Shown: positions 12,295 through 22,903 of the stretch, piece by piece
Layout of the letters: the number at the start of each line of letters is the position of its first letter
How positions within the stretch are numbered: position 1 is the first letter of the stretch
DNA from: Oscarella lobularis
Taxonomy: Eukaryota
Reading direction: 5' to 3'
DNA: 64,000 bases
NCBI RefSeq assembly: GCF_947507565.1
Contig: NC_089192.1
Span: 982,690 to 1,046,689, forward strand
Translations under genes and position numbers: made by a program
Notes under the pieces: generated by a model
The model's input: the letters and a program-made list of their open reading frames with translations, nothing else
Told to the model about the DNA's origin: nothing
Database searches by the model: none

Positions 12295-13760
12295 ATGGAC
12301 TCCAGACGAGCCGAATGGGAACGCAAAGCGCTGGAAGTCGTCGAAATACTACTAGCCGACTGTGTCGACGAAGCCACCCTGCTCGACTGCGTGAGAACGC
12401 GTCAATCGACGAAACAGAATGCAAAATGATCGATCTAACTTTCCCAGGCTAAGCGTATCAATCAAAATTACTATAGCGACGTTATCGAGGAACGATTCAT
12501 AATCAAACGATGTGGGTATCCTGTATGCGACAAGGTTCTTACCCAGGTAAACGAAGAAATTTCTACATGACACGACTAACTACATTTGTTTTGATGGCGG
12601 GGCAGCTTCCTAAGCAGAAGTATCACATTTCAGCTTCTCGGAACCGCGTCTATGATCTAACAGAGCGAAAGGTACCGAATGGACTTTTTTATATTTTTTA
12701 TTTCAATTAATGTTTCTGACGATATTTTGTAGAAATTTTGTAGCAATTGGTGCTTTAGAGCGTCGAATTATTTTGCAAGTCAACTGTCAACGGAACCGGT
12801 TTGGGCAATTGATGCCACCAAGTTGAGCATCTCCTTTGCTTTAGGAAGTGATTGTAGAGACGTGATTGACAGGTATAACGTGGAGCTTTTGACTGAGACG
12901 AAAGAGGCGGAAAAGACTCAGAGAGAGACGATTACTGCTACTGAGAGAGCGGTAGCGAAAGACAGGACGCACCTAAGTGACACTCAAGCTGAGAAAGAGG
13001 ACTCCGATTTTGCTACAGTTCAGTCCATACTGACGTCTTGGTACGAGCCGAGGCCACGTTTGTCAGAAGAAGACAATGCTGATGCCTGTAAAGGGCTCGC
13101 TGTCAGTGACGTGGAGTCCGAAGAGGATCAGAAAGTGTTGGACAAATTGAAACGATTTGGGATAAATCCTCAAACGGGGCAATTTCAGAGCGACTCCTCT
13201 AATCGAAGACCTTATGATGTCGTCGAACGTAGAACGAATGTATGTAAGGAAAAGGGAGAGGGGAAGGAGGGGCGATGAATACGAGACATGTGCAGGACTC
13301 TCCAATTGCTTTGCCACATCTTGATTCGGCGGCTCAAGACTCAAGCCGTCGTCAGATTGTGCTCGGCCATCTTAGCGCAGCATATAAAAGTTTTTCAGTA
13401 CAGGATCCAGATTATCTGAAGAAGTGCGTTCAAAAGCTAAGGTAATGCTTAGCGAGAAATGGTGTTCACACACACACATACAGGAATGCGTTGTTTCAAG
13501 GTTAGACCGTTCAAATATCGCCATGAAACCCAACCAGTGGAAACTAGCCGCTCTCATCGTTTTTCTCAGGTAGGTATCTAACGAAACAGAGGGAGCTCTT
13601 TTCTCCCCCTATGTGCTTTTGCATTTTAGCTCTACTGAAAACCCGTCGTCGACGATCCTCGACGAAGCAATGGAAAAGGTCCTTTCAAACAGTCACGCGC
13701 AGCGAGACGAGGTCAACAGACTCGCATTAGTCGTTTCGCGCAAGCAAGGTATACAGTAAA
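12295..13760 (+). CDS. RPAP2: RNA polymerase II-associated protein 2 / Rtr1-like zinc-finger protein, in several small exons. The 3' end is uncertain.
   Basis: Spliced exons read MDSRRAEWERKALEVVEILLADCVDEATLLDC | AKRINQNYYSDVIEERFIIKRCGYPVCDKVLTQ | LPKQKYHISASRNRVYDLTERK. This matches the Rtr1/RPAP2 zinc-finger core (CGYP.C ... Y.IS) by recollection. The acidic ORF 12823..13278 follows. Confidence 0.6.
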
Positions 13761-13819
13761 TGACATAAGCAAGGGAGCAGAAGCTCAAGAAATAGGTGAG
13801 ATGTGCACGTATAATATTT

Positions 13820-15096
13820 CTAAAGTTTTACTTCTTGCTCGGCGCTTCGATGCCTTCAAGCTGAGTCTATAGAGAGAAATGTTGAGGGGGAACGATTGCA
13901 TGCGCTTTTTTTCTCTTCGCCTACTTTGAGCTGGCTAATCGTTTTGCGGAGCGACTGGACTTCTTCCGTGTGCTTTGCGTCGTCCTGAACGCGTCGCTCC
14001 GCCTCTCGCTTCTCGATCGCCTCGCAACGATTCTTCGACTCTTGGAGATTTTTTTCCAATTCTTTTTTGTCTTCTTCGAGCTCTTTGATCTAGGGAGGAA
14101 GAAATCGGAAGGGGTGGATAAGGGAGGAAGAAAAGCCAGACTGGCTACCTTTTTCTCCATATCAACCTTTCCTTGTTCCGCTTGCAAAGCCTTTCGCATG
14201 CCAAAAGCAACGCTACAAAAACCGGGTATGAGCACCGTATGTACAGTGGAACCTCTCAATCAAAATTACAGTACAACACAAACAAATAATAATAATTGTA
14301 TTTTTTTGAGGTGGTGTCGAAGCTTTACCTGCTTTCATAGAGGGTTTGATACGCAGCAATAGTCATCCTGATTTCATTCCTCACCCTAGAAAAGTTAAGA
14401 GATCGTACACTTAGAGGGCAATGCTGTTACAAGAATTATCAAGAGGTTATTCTAGTAGGGTCAGAATCATAGATCGTACAGAGGGGCAGAAAGGTACCGT
14501 ACTCTTACATGTATATAAGGAGAGAGTACAGTACGTAGACTAAGTAGTCATACATTATGAGCCTATCCACGTTTACATAGGTGTTTTACTCCCTCGAGAC
14601 GAACCTGAGCAAGAGTAGCCCCCGTTCGGCGCAGTTGATCGTCACCTGACGTATGAGCTCGTCGAAACACTGCGAATAGAGCTCGCGTCGAACGGGACAG
14701 ATTCCCGTTTCGCGCGCTTGACGCTGCTGGAGACGCGTGTCGAGATGCTCCTGCAGCGCGACGACGTCCAAGCGCGTCGCCGGCGTGCTCGAGACGCTCT
14801 GCACCCAAAGCTGACCCGATTCGGTCCACTCGCGCGGCGGCAAGATCGCGTTGAGAATTTCCTCCGTTTGCTGGTTGCCCTTTTGAGTTTCGACCGACGG
14901 TAGTTTGCTTTTGGGAGCGGGCGGGACGGGGCCGCCTGTTTGCGTTTGGCGTCCGGCCGGAGATTTCTGCGCGAGAGCGCGAGAAAAATGTTGGGCTATC
15001 TAGTCGCGTTTGTTCGGGGCAAGCGCTTACCGAGGGTTTGCGTTCACCGGTTTTGCTTACGAGCACCGGGTTGTCGTATTTGACTAGGGACGCCAT
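13820..15096 (-). CDS. DNALI1: Axonemal dynein light intermediate polypeptide 1 (inner-arm dynein p28).
   Basis: N-terminus MASLVKYDNPVLVSKTGER. Then LPPREWTESGQLWVQSVSSTPATRLDVVALQEHLDTRLQQRQARETGICPVRRELYSQCFDELIRQVTINCAERGLLLLR, followed by SVAFGMRKALQAEQGK and a coiled-coil tail. The terminal exon reads TQLEGIEAPSKK*. Identity to the remembered human sequence is near-identical over the core. Confidence 0.9.
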
Positions 15097-15275
15097 CGAT
15101 TATTATTGTCAGGAACCGAACTCGGCCGTTGCTAAGACGATTGTGGCGTAGCGCGCGGTTTATTGGTAACGTCCCGCCCAGTCCCCGCAAGTCCCTGCAT
15201 AAGTATCTCTGCGGAGTTGTCTCTGCTCAGTCTGGACTCTAGAAGTGGCCCTAGTCCCAGAAAACCGAAAACGCG

Positions 15276-15669
15276 ATGAGAAAACGAAGAACGATCGGGT
15301 CAGCGGAAGCGAAGGCGGCGAAGAAGAATCGCGAGGACGTCGACGCGAGCGTGGCGACGATGAGTCACGCCGAGCTGCGTACTCGCCTCGAAGAGCTCGG
15401 AGATAAGCCCGGTCCCATAGACGATTCGAATAGGTGCAAAAATCGCTCACCCACGCCACGTACTCAAATTCAATTTCGAATCGTTCAGAAATCTCTACAA
15501 TCGCATGCTGACGAAGAAATTGGCTACTGTCGCCGAGTCCTCCCAACGAGAGGAGAAGGAGGAGGAGGTGGAGACGAAGGAAACGCCAGCTGTGACGTCA
15601 AAAGAAAGGGGTGGGAAAAAATCGAAAGAGGGCGTCTCGCAGAAAGGAAAAACGGCGCAACAGAAGGTA
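15276..15669 (+). CDS. Two exons encoding a LEM domain followed by a Lys/Glu-rich segment. The downstream partner is unclear. The second exon ends on a phase-0 donor.
   Basis: Exon 1 ends ...MSHAELRTRLEELGDKPGPIDDSN(R). Exon 2 continues NLYNRMLTKKLATVAESSQREEKEEEVETKE...KTAQQK|gtaaaa. The pattern LS..EL...L...G..GPI..S.R.LY...L.KKL is the LEM-domain consensus from memory. Confidence 0.5.
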
Positions 15670-15969
15670 AAAAATTTTTTAGTCGTGCACCTTAAAGAAT
15701 TGGCGTCACAATCGCTGATAAAGCGCGCCCTATCGAAAATCAATCGATTGCAGCCCGTTTTTACACTACGCTTTCACTTCACTTTGCGTCGTATCCGGAA
15801 GTGGTACCTCCCATTAGGATCAACAGGATATCACTTACACTCTTTCACATACACGATTCCGGATATGAGAATGCTTGAAGTTGTACATAAGACTAGCGTT
15901 TTTGCAGACCCGAATGGCCTTGTAGTCGTTAGCTCAGCTACTCGTGCAGTACATGCGATGCGTTTCTAG

Positions 15970-17406
15970 GTAAAGAAGTTGGGCATAGAGGGCGTCGTTG
16001 CCGCATCGTATACGCCCTTCAACACTGACGGGTATGTGGGGAGGAAAATTGCTTGAGGATGATGATAATACTCATTGCACAACAAGGTCATTAAATCTGG
16101 CGATGGTCGAACCTTATGCCAATTATTTGATACGTCTCGGAGTGGCGGGCGTATTCGGTTAGAAAGCAAAGTGTAACGACTTCCATTTGCGCTATTTTTT
16201 ATTCAGTAAACGGCACGACTGGCGAAGGCGTACTAATGACAGTCGACGAACGAAAGGCGATGGTAGAGGCGTGGGCGAAAGCGGTGAAGAAAAGGTATAG
16301 GACGAACCAGTGAAAGCCACGCATCTTCCACCCCCTGCACTCGCGCAGGGTCAAAGTCATCGTCCACGTCAGCTCGACTTCACTAAAAGATTGCCAAGAA
16401 ATGGTACAGATATATACAGTAAAGTGACAACCTGTGGTCCTTACGAGCTTCTTCTTGTTAAATTAAGGCTAGACATGCGTCGTCTCTCGATGGAGTCGAT
16501 GCCATAGCAGCGATGCCGCCGCTCGTTTTCAGTGCAAAAACCATAGGTCAAAACGATTTTTTCTCTTTTTTCTGAACTTTATTGATCGCTTCTTTAGAAG
16601 AGCTGCTCGTGCATCTCGAGTGCATCGCCTCAAGCGCTCCGCGCACTCCACTTCTATTGTATCACCACAGCGATATGTCTCCCTTGAATTGTAAGACGGC
16701 TCGATTTGAAAAATATGCTCGCAACTACTCGTTTTCCATAGTCAGCATAGAAGAGTTTCTTCGTCAGGCGGACAAACGTCTTCCGACGTTTGTCGGCGTC
16801 AAGTACACGGACTACAACGTCGACGTGTTCGCGCGATGTCTCAATCTGGGTCGCTATGAGATGCTATACGGTAGAGACGAGGTATAACCACGGCAGGCGA
16901 TCGATAGTTCAATCATATCGACCACGTGAATTTTCCCCCATAGCAATTGCTCGCCTCGTTGGCCATGGGCGCCGTTAGTTGCGTCGGTAGCACGTATAAC
17001 TTCACCGGTAGCATTCCCGCGAAGATTTTCGCTGCTTTCAAAAGCGGCGACATTGCTACTGCTCAGAAGGAGCAGGTTCGTTCCTGTATAAAATCGTCTC
17101 CGCCTATAAGGCACACTGCCGTTGTTTAACTATAGCTCAAGTCTCAGCTTGCTATAAAGACTTACAACGATGTTGGTGAGCTTGCAAGAATTGAGTTAGG
17201 ATTTACAAAACTTTATCTGTCTTGTCAAAGGCCGGCGTATTGGGTGCGCGTCGCCGCACGCTCTCGGCAAGGCGATCATGCACATGATTGGTTGTCCTGT
17301 CGGCGCGCCGCGTTTGCCCAGCAAGCCTCTCACCGACGCCCAGTACAAGGAGCTAAAGAGAAGTTTCGAAGAGATAGGCTTCTTCGATTGGCATCAGGCG
17401 TCGTGA
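15970..17406 (+). CDS. NPL: N-acetylneuraminate lyase (DHDPS/NAL family), in about 6 exons. The first recognisable exon is preceded by an AG acceptor, so the true start lies in an upstream exon.
   Basis: VKKLGIEGVVAASYTPFNTDG. LNLAMVEPYANYLIRLGVAGVF. VNGTTGEGVLMTVDERKAMVEAWAKAVKK. PLLLYHHSDMSPLNC. RLPTFVGVKYTDYNVDVFARCLNLGRYEMLYGRDEQLLASLAMGAVSCVGSTYNF. The C-terminus reads LGKAIMHMIGCPVGAPRLPSKPLTDAQYKELKRSFEEIGFFDWHQAS*. It is colinear with human NPL by recollection. Confidence 0.85.
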
Positions 17407-17489
17407 TGACTGCGGCGTTGTTTGATAACTTCTCTCGATTTTTGCGTGCGTTTTGATTTTTTTCTTTGTGACTTTAAGCAGATTGAAAA

Positions 17490-18250
17490 GTCGATGCAGA
17501 TTTCTGCTTTATAATGAATCGATTGAGAAATCCGTCTGTGTGATGTCGGAAGTCGTCCTAAAATAGATATTTTTCATTAGAAGTCAGTAAGTGACGTTCC
17601 TCAAGCTCGTTTTATATATTCTGTCGTCTTTCTTTTGCAATTCAACCTGTACTCGTCGACAGAAATGGAATGAAATTGAAGGCGAAGCAGAAGGCTATCT
17701 GGTTAGTACTACTATCTACAGTGCCGTTCAAAGTTCTAGGCGCCCTCATAGATACGTTTAGACTATTCCCGCTCCTCCGTTACCCCGTTTAGATTATTTG
17801 AGAGCTGATATACTGTCGTTTGCGTGTCCGAGTGTAGCGGACGTTTGGCTTGCCCGTCATAGAATCGACGTTAGCACCTTGATTTTGCTGACCAGGCGTA
17901 TTACCGCTCCTGCGTATGCGTTCGCTTTTCGCGTTCAAATAGAGACCGAATGTCTTTAGAATAGACCCGGGGGCCACAATGCATTTGCAACCGATTCATC
18001 GCTTCTACTTCTCGTCTTAGGCCATTTCGTAGCAACGTGATGATTGACGTCATGCGTTGCTTAATGTAGCGTGACAGGGCGTGTCCTGCGTACGTGGGCA
18101 CACGTTCGTTGTCCTTTTTTGCGTTTTGAATTGATTTCCAACGAAATTTCGTTTGTTTTAGCCGGCAGAAATGCATTTGAGGCCGATTGGCTGTTGTTTC
18201 GGTTCAAATGATGCCCTCTTTGATCGTGAATAGCTGCAGTCGTTCGGCCC
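17490..18250. repeat. Copy 1 of a non-coding interspersed repeat family. Relative to copy 2 it carries an internal insertion of about 400 bp (17790-18160) with gcagaaatgcatttg sub-repeats.
   Basis: 17520-17780 aligns to 22050-22310 at roughly 90% identity (gtgtgatgt[c/t]gga[a/g]gtcgtcctaaaatagata...ctgtactcgtcgacagaaatggaat...ctacagtgccgttcaaagt). 18160-18240 aligns to 22320-22400 (gcagaaatgcatttg...gatcgtgaatagct). Confidence 0.8.
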
Positions 18251-18773
18251 CAGTCGCGTTTTAAAGATTTCTAAGCGAGAAGACGCGTTTTTGGCCTTTT
18301 TAAGGTCAAACGACACGCGAGTTACCGAAGGGGGCCCCAGCTGAAATTTTGCAGAGTCTAACTAACAGTGTAGCGAATCGTGTATGACTCCCAAAAAACC
18401 CAAGTTAGCCAAGGTCATGCCAAAACATTTGAACGATACTGCGTATCTATCTAATCTTGGGTAAAGAAACCGTGGCCTGTCATTATACGTGGTAGAATAG
18501 GTAAACGTACGCTTTCGGCTTTCTCGACGACGACGACGACGGTCCCGGCCCAACGCCACGATTCATTTGGGGCGGGACTGACCTGATTAGATAGACAAGA
18601 TTGAAGCCAAGGAATTAAGGGTCATGCGTGGCAGGAACGTTTGGCATGCAGGTACAGAAGTCAGGTGCAGAGTGCAGCACAAGAATATGTCGCAAGTGCA
18701 AGAATGACTAGCTGCTACCCATATGTAAAAGAGAGCTCCAAGTACGGCAGAGCCAGAGCTCCTGCAACGAGAC

Positions 18774-21700
18774 ATGCTAAGAGTTTGGTCTTGCTTTCTC
18801 CTCGCCGCGGCGATTCGCCTTGCGTCTACTGCCGTCACGTCTCTTTCTACCGACTGGTGGCAGTGCCACGACGTCCAAGGACGCAATTTCGACGAAAAGA
18901 GTCCTGGCTCCATAATTGGCGTCCTCGTCAACACCGAGTGTACGCCCGCTTCATCAACAAAGCCCGATCACTTTTGCGAAGCCGCTTTGCTTGGCCCACG
19001 AACCATTCTGACCGCGTATGACTGCATAAAGTTATCAGAGAATCCCTCCGCAAAAGAGCGTCCGAAGTTATATTACAGCTATAAGTCAGATGGCAAGTGG
19101 CAGTGCCGTGAGGTTACTGCTCTCCAGCAACTCGGCGGATCCAGTGAAGCTGTCGGCTTTCTTGATGACGACGAGAGTCCAGCATTAGCGGCACCGTTTG
19201 TGAGTTTCGTTGGGGCCGGACAAGGGTCCGATGAGGCGCGATATAACGTTGCTCCCGAATCGCACCCCAACTATCCTGCCACCGTTTCGTCTCTCCTTCT
19301 TGGATTTATTGACGACAAACAAGTTAAACTGGGGTTTGAGTCTGATGACGATTCAGCTGTCGATGTCGTGAGCTTGAACAGTGAACCTCCTGATGCTGAA
19401 ATTCTTCCCGGAGCGACGTTTCTAAAAGAATTACCTGATTGTCGTTTAGGGGTTTTTGGTGTTTATAGCCAGCTGGTTACTGAGAGTGAAGACATAGGAC
19501 AAGTACGAGATAAGCGAGGGGGTAAGAAACCTCAGAAAGCCGCGCCAAAGAAAAAGAACGCAATGCGAAGCAAAAATCAAACTAGAGCAAAAGATCGCAA
19601 TACTGAGCTGCTGGAAAAACGCGATGAAAAACGCGATGCGATTCGAAAGGAGGAGCTTCAAGCGATAGCGAAGGCAGATGCCGCCGCAAGCAGCGCCTTT
19701 TACTTTGGAGCTAAAAGTGCGAATATTTCCGGCTGTAGAGGTTCAAGTAATTGAGTTCGTAATTTTTCTATAGTTGCAACGTTCAACTTGAATTGGACTC
19801 CGTTGCTTGATCGAGACATGGGAGACATCGTCAAAACGACGCTGCACGAAATCATTAAAGAGACGCATATCATAGCTTTTCAAGAAGCCACCGGCCTTAT
19901 GAAAAAAATATCTCTACCGAAAAACTACGGATATGTGGACTCGAAGAAAGAGTTTGTTTTTATCTACAGGTCAGATTGGTTCGTTCATGAAGACAAAGTG
20001 GAAATGCTCAATGACCTTAACACTTACAAAGCTGTCTTTCAGGTAAGATAGTTTTGGGTAAAGTTTTTGTTAAATTTCAGCTATAAATGAGATTCAAAAT
20101 ATTTTTCTGTAGGCCTGGAACATTCCTGCAGAGGGGCAGCCGCGGGATAAATGTGTCGCGTTTTATTCTGTTCACCTTCCAGCAGGAAAGGAGAAACAGA
20201 AAGACCGAGAAAAACGACTTCAAAAAATTGTTAAAAAAATGGCCGAAGACAGGAAGGAGTGCAAGGCGCGAGTTCTCTTGGGAGATTTTAATTGGCCGAC
20301 ACTTCGTGGCGAAATCTCCAATTTTGAACTGTAAATTAATTAACTGTGAATGCTACAGTTAGTTTCAAAGCCCCGAGTCTTGGGAATGCAGTCCACAAAG
20401 CATGCCAACAGTTGGTTTTGCATGGTACTCTTCTAACTTGAGACTCTCAAGTTAGAACAGTACGCTGCTATGCAATGAGACGTAACTAACCGTTATTCTC
20501 ATGCATGTGAAACCTTTGAATAAAGTAGATGCTTTGCATACTAGAATTAAGAGAGACAATGTACGTGGTAGAAGTTTAGTTTAGTTTGTTTTATTTGGCG
20601 TAACAGACCCACTAGATAGAAGGCCTTCTAAAAGAAATTCAGCAAATACAGTAGAGTAGCAGTAATGTAATTTGTCAAATTCAAACAGTTTTTGTTTTTT
20701 TAGATTTTTCACTAAATTTGAACTTGAATCTTTATCCGATTCCGTTCCGCCTCATAATATCGCTGCCGAAGATCTGAATGAATTTGGCGAAACGACTCCG
20801 AGGCACGGGGTTTATGACTACATTTTTATTACCGACGACGTCCCAACGCCTTCATCTTACTATTTACCACCAGAAAATGTTCTCTCACTTGACCATCCAA
20901 AAGCGGATTTTATAGAAGAGCGTTATCTTGATTATTTTGTACCCAAATCGAGTGTTTTGAAGAACGTTCCGGCTGTAAGATCAAGCTTCTTAAGCGATCA
21001 TCTTCCTGTTGTCGGAAAAATAGCAAAACATGGAGTATCACTTTCTATTGGAACGTGGAATTTGGAGCGCTTTAACTTGCAAACCGGGTTTGGCGGCGGT
21101 AGCCGAGAAAAGCTTTTTGAGGAAATGTACGAAAAGGTGTTTGCCAATGCAGATGTATTTGCCATTCAGGAACTCTTAGTCGCTTCTACACCAGCTAATG
21201 ACTTTTCTAATTTTGGAGTGACGTGGGTTTCGGAGGCTGTTCAGACGACCAACGGCGGAAATACAGAGGGCCTCGGGTTTGCGTATAATAAAGCTTCAGT
21301 AAAATACGTTGATAAATTTATAATTTCTGTGGAGGCGTACGGTAGCAAGACAAGCGAACGAGGAGCATTAGCTGCAAAATTTCGAATCACAAAAAATTCC
21401 GAGGTGAGCTATGAAAAGTAGTGTCTGCTAAACATCTGACATAACATGTACATGTACCATAGGAATTTGCCATTGTGAATGTTCACGTTACAAATGACCA
21501 AGTGACAAAGTGGTCGTATCGTGAAGCAATTGTCAAATTCGTCCGGGATAAAGTAAAGAAAAAGTGGGGGAAGCTACCAGTCTTTGTAGCTGGTGACTTT
21601 AATTTTGACGGATCAAATATAGCAAACCTAAGAAAGAAGTGAGATTATCTTTTTTTGTTTTAGTAACATTTGCAATTTGTTCTGCTTTCAGATGCCCCAT

Positions 21701-21950
21701 TGGTAACACCAATTGGGAATTTACAAGAATCTACAGTAAGAAAGTCCTAGATTATATTATCGCTCCAGGTCAAACGCTTCCCGGTCACGGTTTTACATCC
21801 TGTGAGACTATCCACTCCGAGCTTAGAGCTAATACAGTTGGCTCCAAACGTGCTCCGGCGTTTGGCTCGTGGCTTGAAGTGTCCGATCATTTTCCGGTTT
21901 TCAAACGTATAAGTCAAATCTGGGAAGATGTGGATATGGACTTATAAATG
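18774..21950 (+). CDS. Secreted protein locus. It has an N-terminal signal peptide and a domain of about 320 aa (18774-19754), followed by two tandem DNase-I-like (endonuclease/exonuclease/phosphatase, EEP) domains across about 6 exons. It may be one gene or two adjacent genes.
   Basis: Signal peptide MLRVWSCFLLAAAIRLASTAV. EEP domain 1: ATFNLNWTPL...HIIAFQEATG ... VLLGDFNWP ... SFLSDHLPVVGKI. EEP domain 2: SLSIGTWNLERF ... ADVFAIQEL ... VFVAGDFNFDG ... WLEVSDHFPVFKRI. Together these give the N..E / QE / GDFN / SDH motif set of the DNase I branch of the EEP superfamily. Exons are markedly AT-richer than the neighbouring genes. Confidence 0.6.
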
Positions 21951-22029
21951 AGGAGAGAAAACATGCCAGTGAGTTCATGCGACGAGTCTTACACAAAACG
22001 ATGGCATAAATTCTTGATGTTTTTTGTTA

Positions 22030-22400
22030 TACATGTATGAGTTTCTTTATCCGTTTGTGTGATGTTGGAGGTCGTCCTAAAATAGATAAGTTTCATTAGA
22101 AGTCAGTGAGTGGCGTTCCCCAAACTCATACATTCGTTTTATATATTCTGTAGAGGTTGTCTTTCTTTGGAATTCAACCTGTACTCGTCGACAGAAATGG
22201 AATAGAAATTGAAGGCGCAGCAGAAGGCTATCTGCTTAGTACTGCTATCTACAGTGCCGTTCAAAGTCCTAGGCGCCCTCATAGAAACGTTTAGACTAAT
22301 CCCGCTGGCTTGCCCGAAATTTCGTTCGTGTTTGTTGGCAGAAATGCATTTGGCCGATTGGCAGAAATTTCGGTTCAATGACGCGCTGTTTGATCGTGAA
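22030..22400. repeat. Copy 2 of the same interspersed repeat family, without the ~400-bp internal insertion. It lies in direct orientation relative to copy 1.
   Basis: See the copy-1 alignment. The two copies bracket the EEP locus. Confidence 0.8.
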
Positions 22401-22480
22401 TAGCTTGGTTCATGGCTTGAAGTATCCGATCATTTTCCGGTTTTCAAACGTATAGACAAAATTGGCCCATGAAGATCCAC
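22395..22480 (+). pseudogene. Duplicated fragment of the last EEP exon (WLEVSDHFPVFKRI...) placed immediately after repeat copy 2.
   Basis: 22395-22460 (cttggttcatggcttgaagtatccgatcattttccggttttcaaacgtatagac) is near-identical to 21858-21925 (cttggctcgtggcttgaagtgtccgatcattttccggttttcaaacgtataagtc). Confidence 0.7.
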
Positions 22481-22903
22481 ATGATGGTAGACGATGATGA
22501 TGACGTGAAGGTGAGAGGATGAAGACAAGTCTGGACGTGGTAGAATAGGAAGAGTATGTCGAGTAGATCGTTAAGGTTTTAGAATCACTTATGGTATAAA
22601 CAATATATATCCGAGTCATAAAAGCTCGTGACACGAGTAAAAGGACGTGAGAGCTTTGAAGAGCTGGCACAGCGCTCAATTTGTAAAGCACAAATAGGAT
22701 TAAATTTCCTAGAGTCTCAGATGCAAGTTTTCTTGATTGATTGATTGAGATTTTTTTCAATTTGGAACAATCACTCGGCAATCACTCAAGGCACACGCAA
22801 AAGTACTGTATGAACAACATACGGGGATTTTGTAAAGCTCGTGACACGAGTAAAGACCTCTCAGCCTCAGTAGAGACAGCAGATCAAAATCGTCACCGAG
22901 CAG

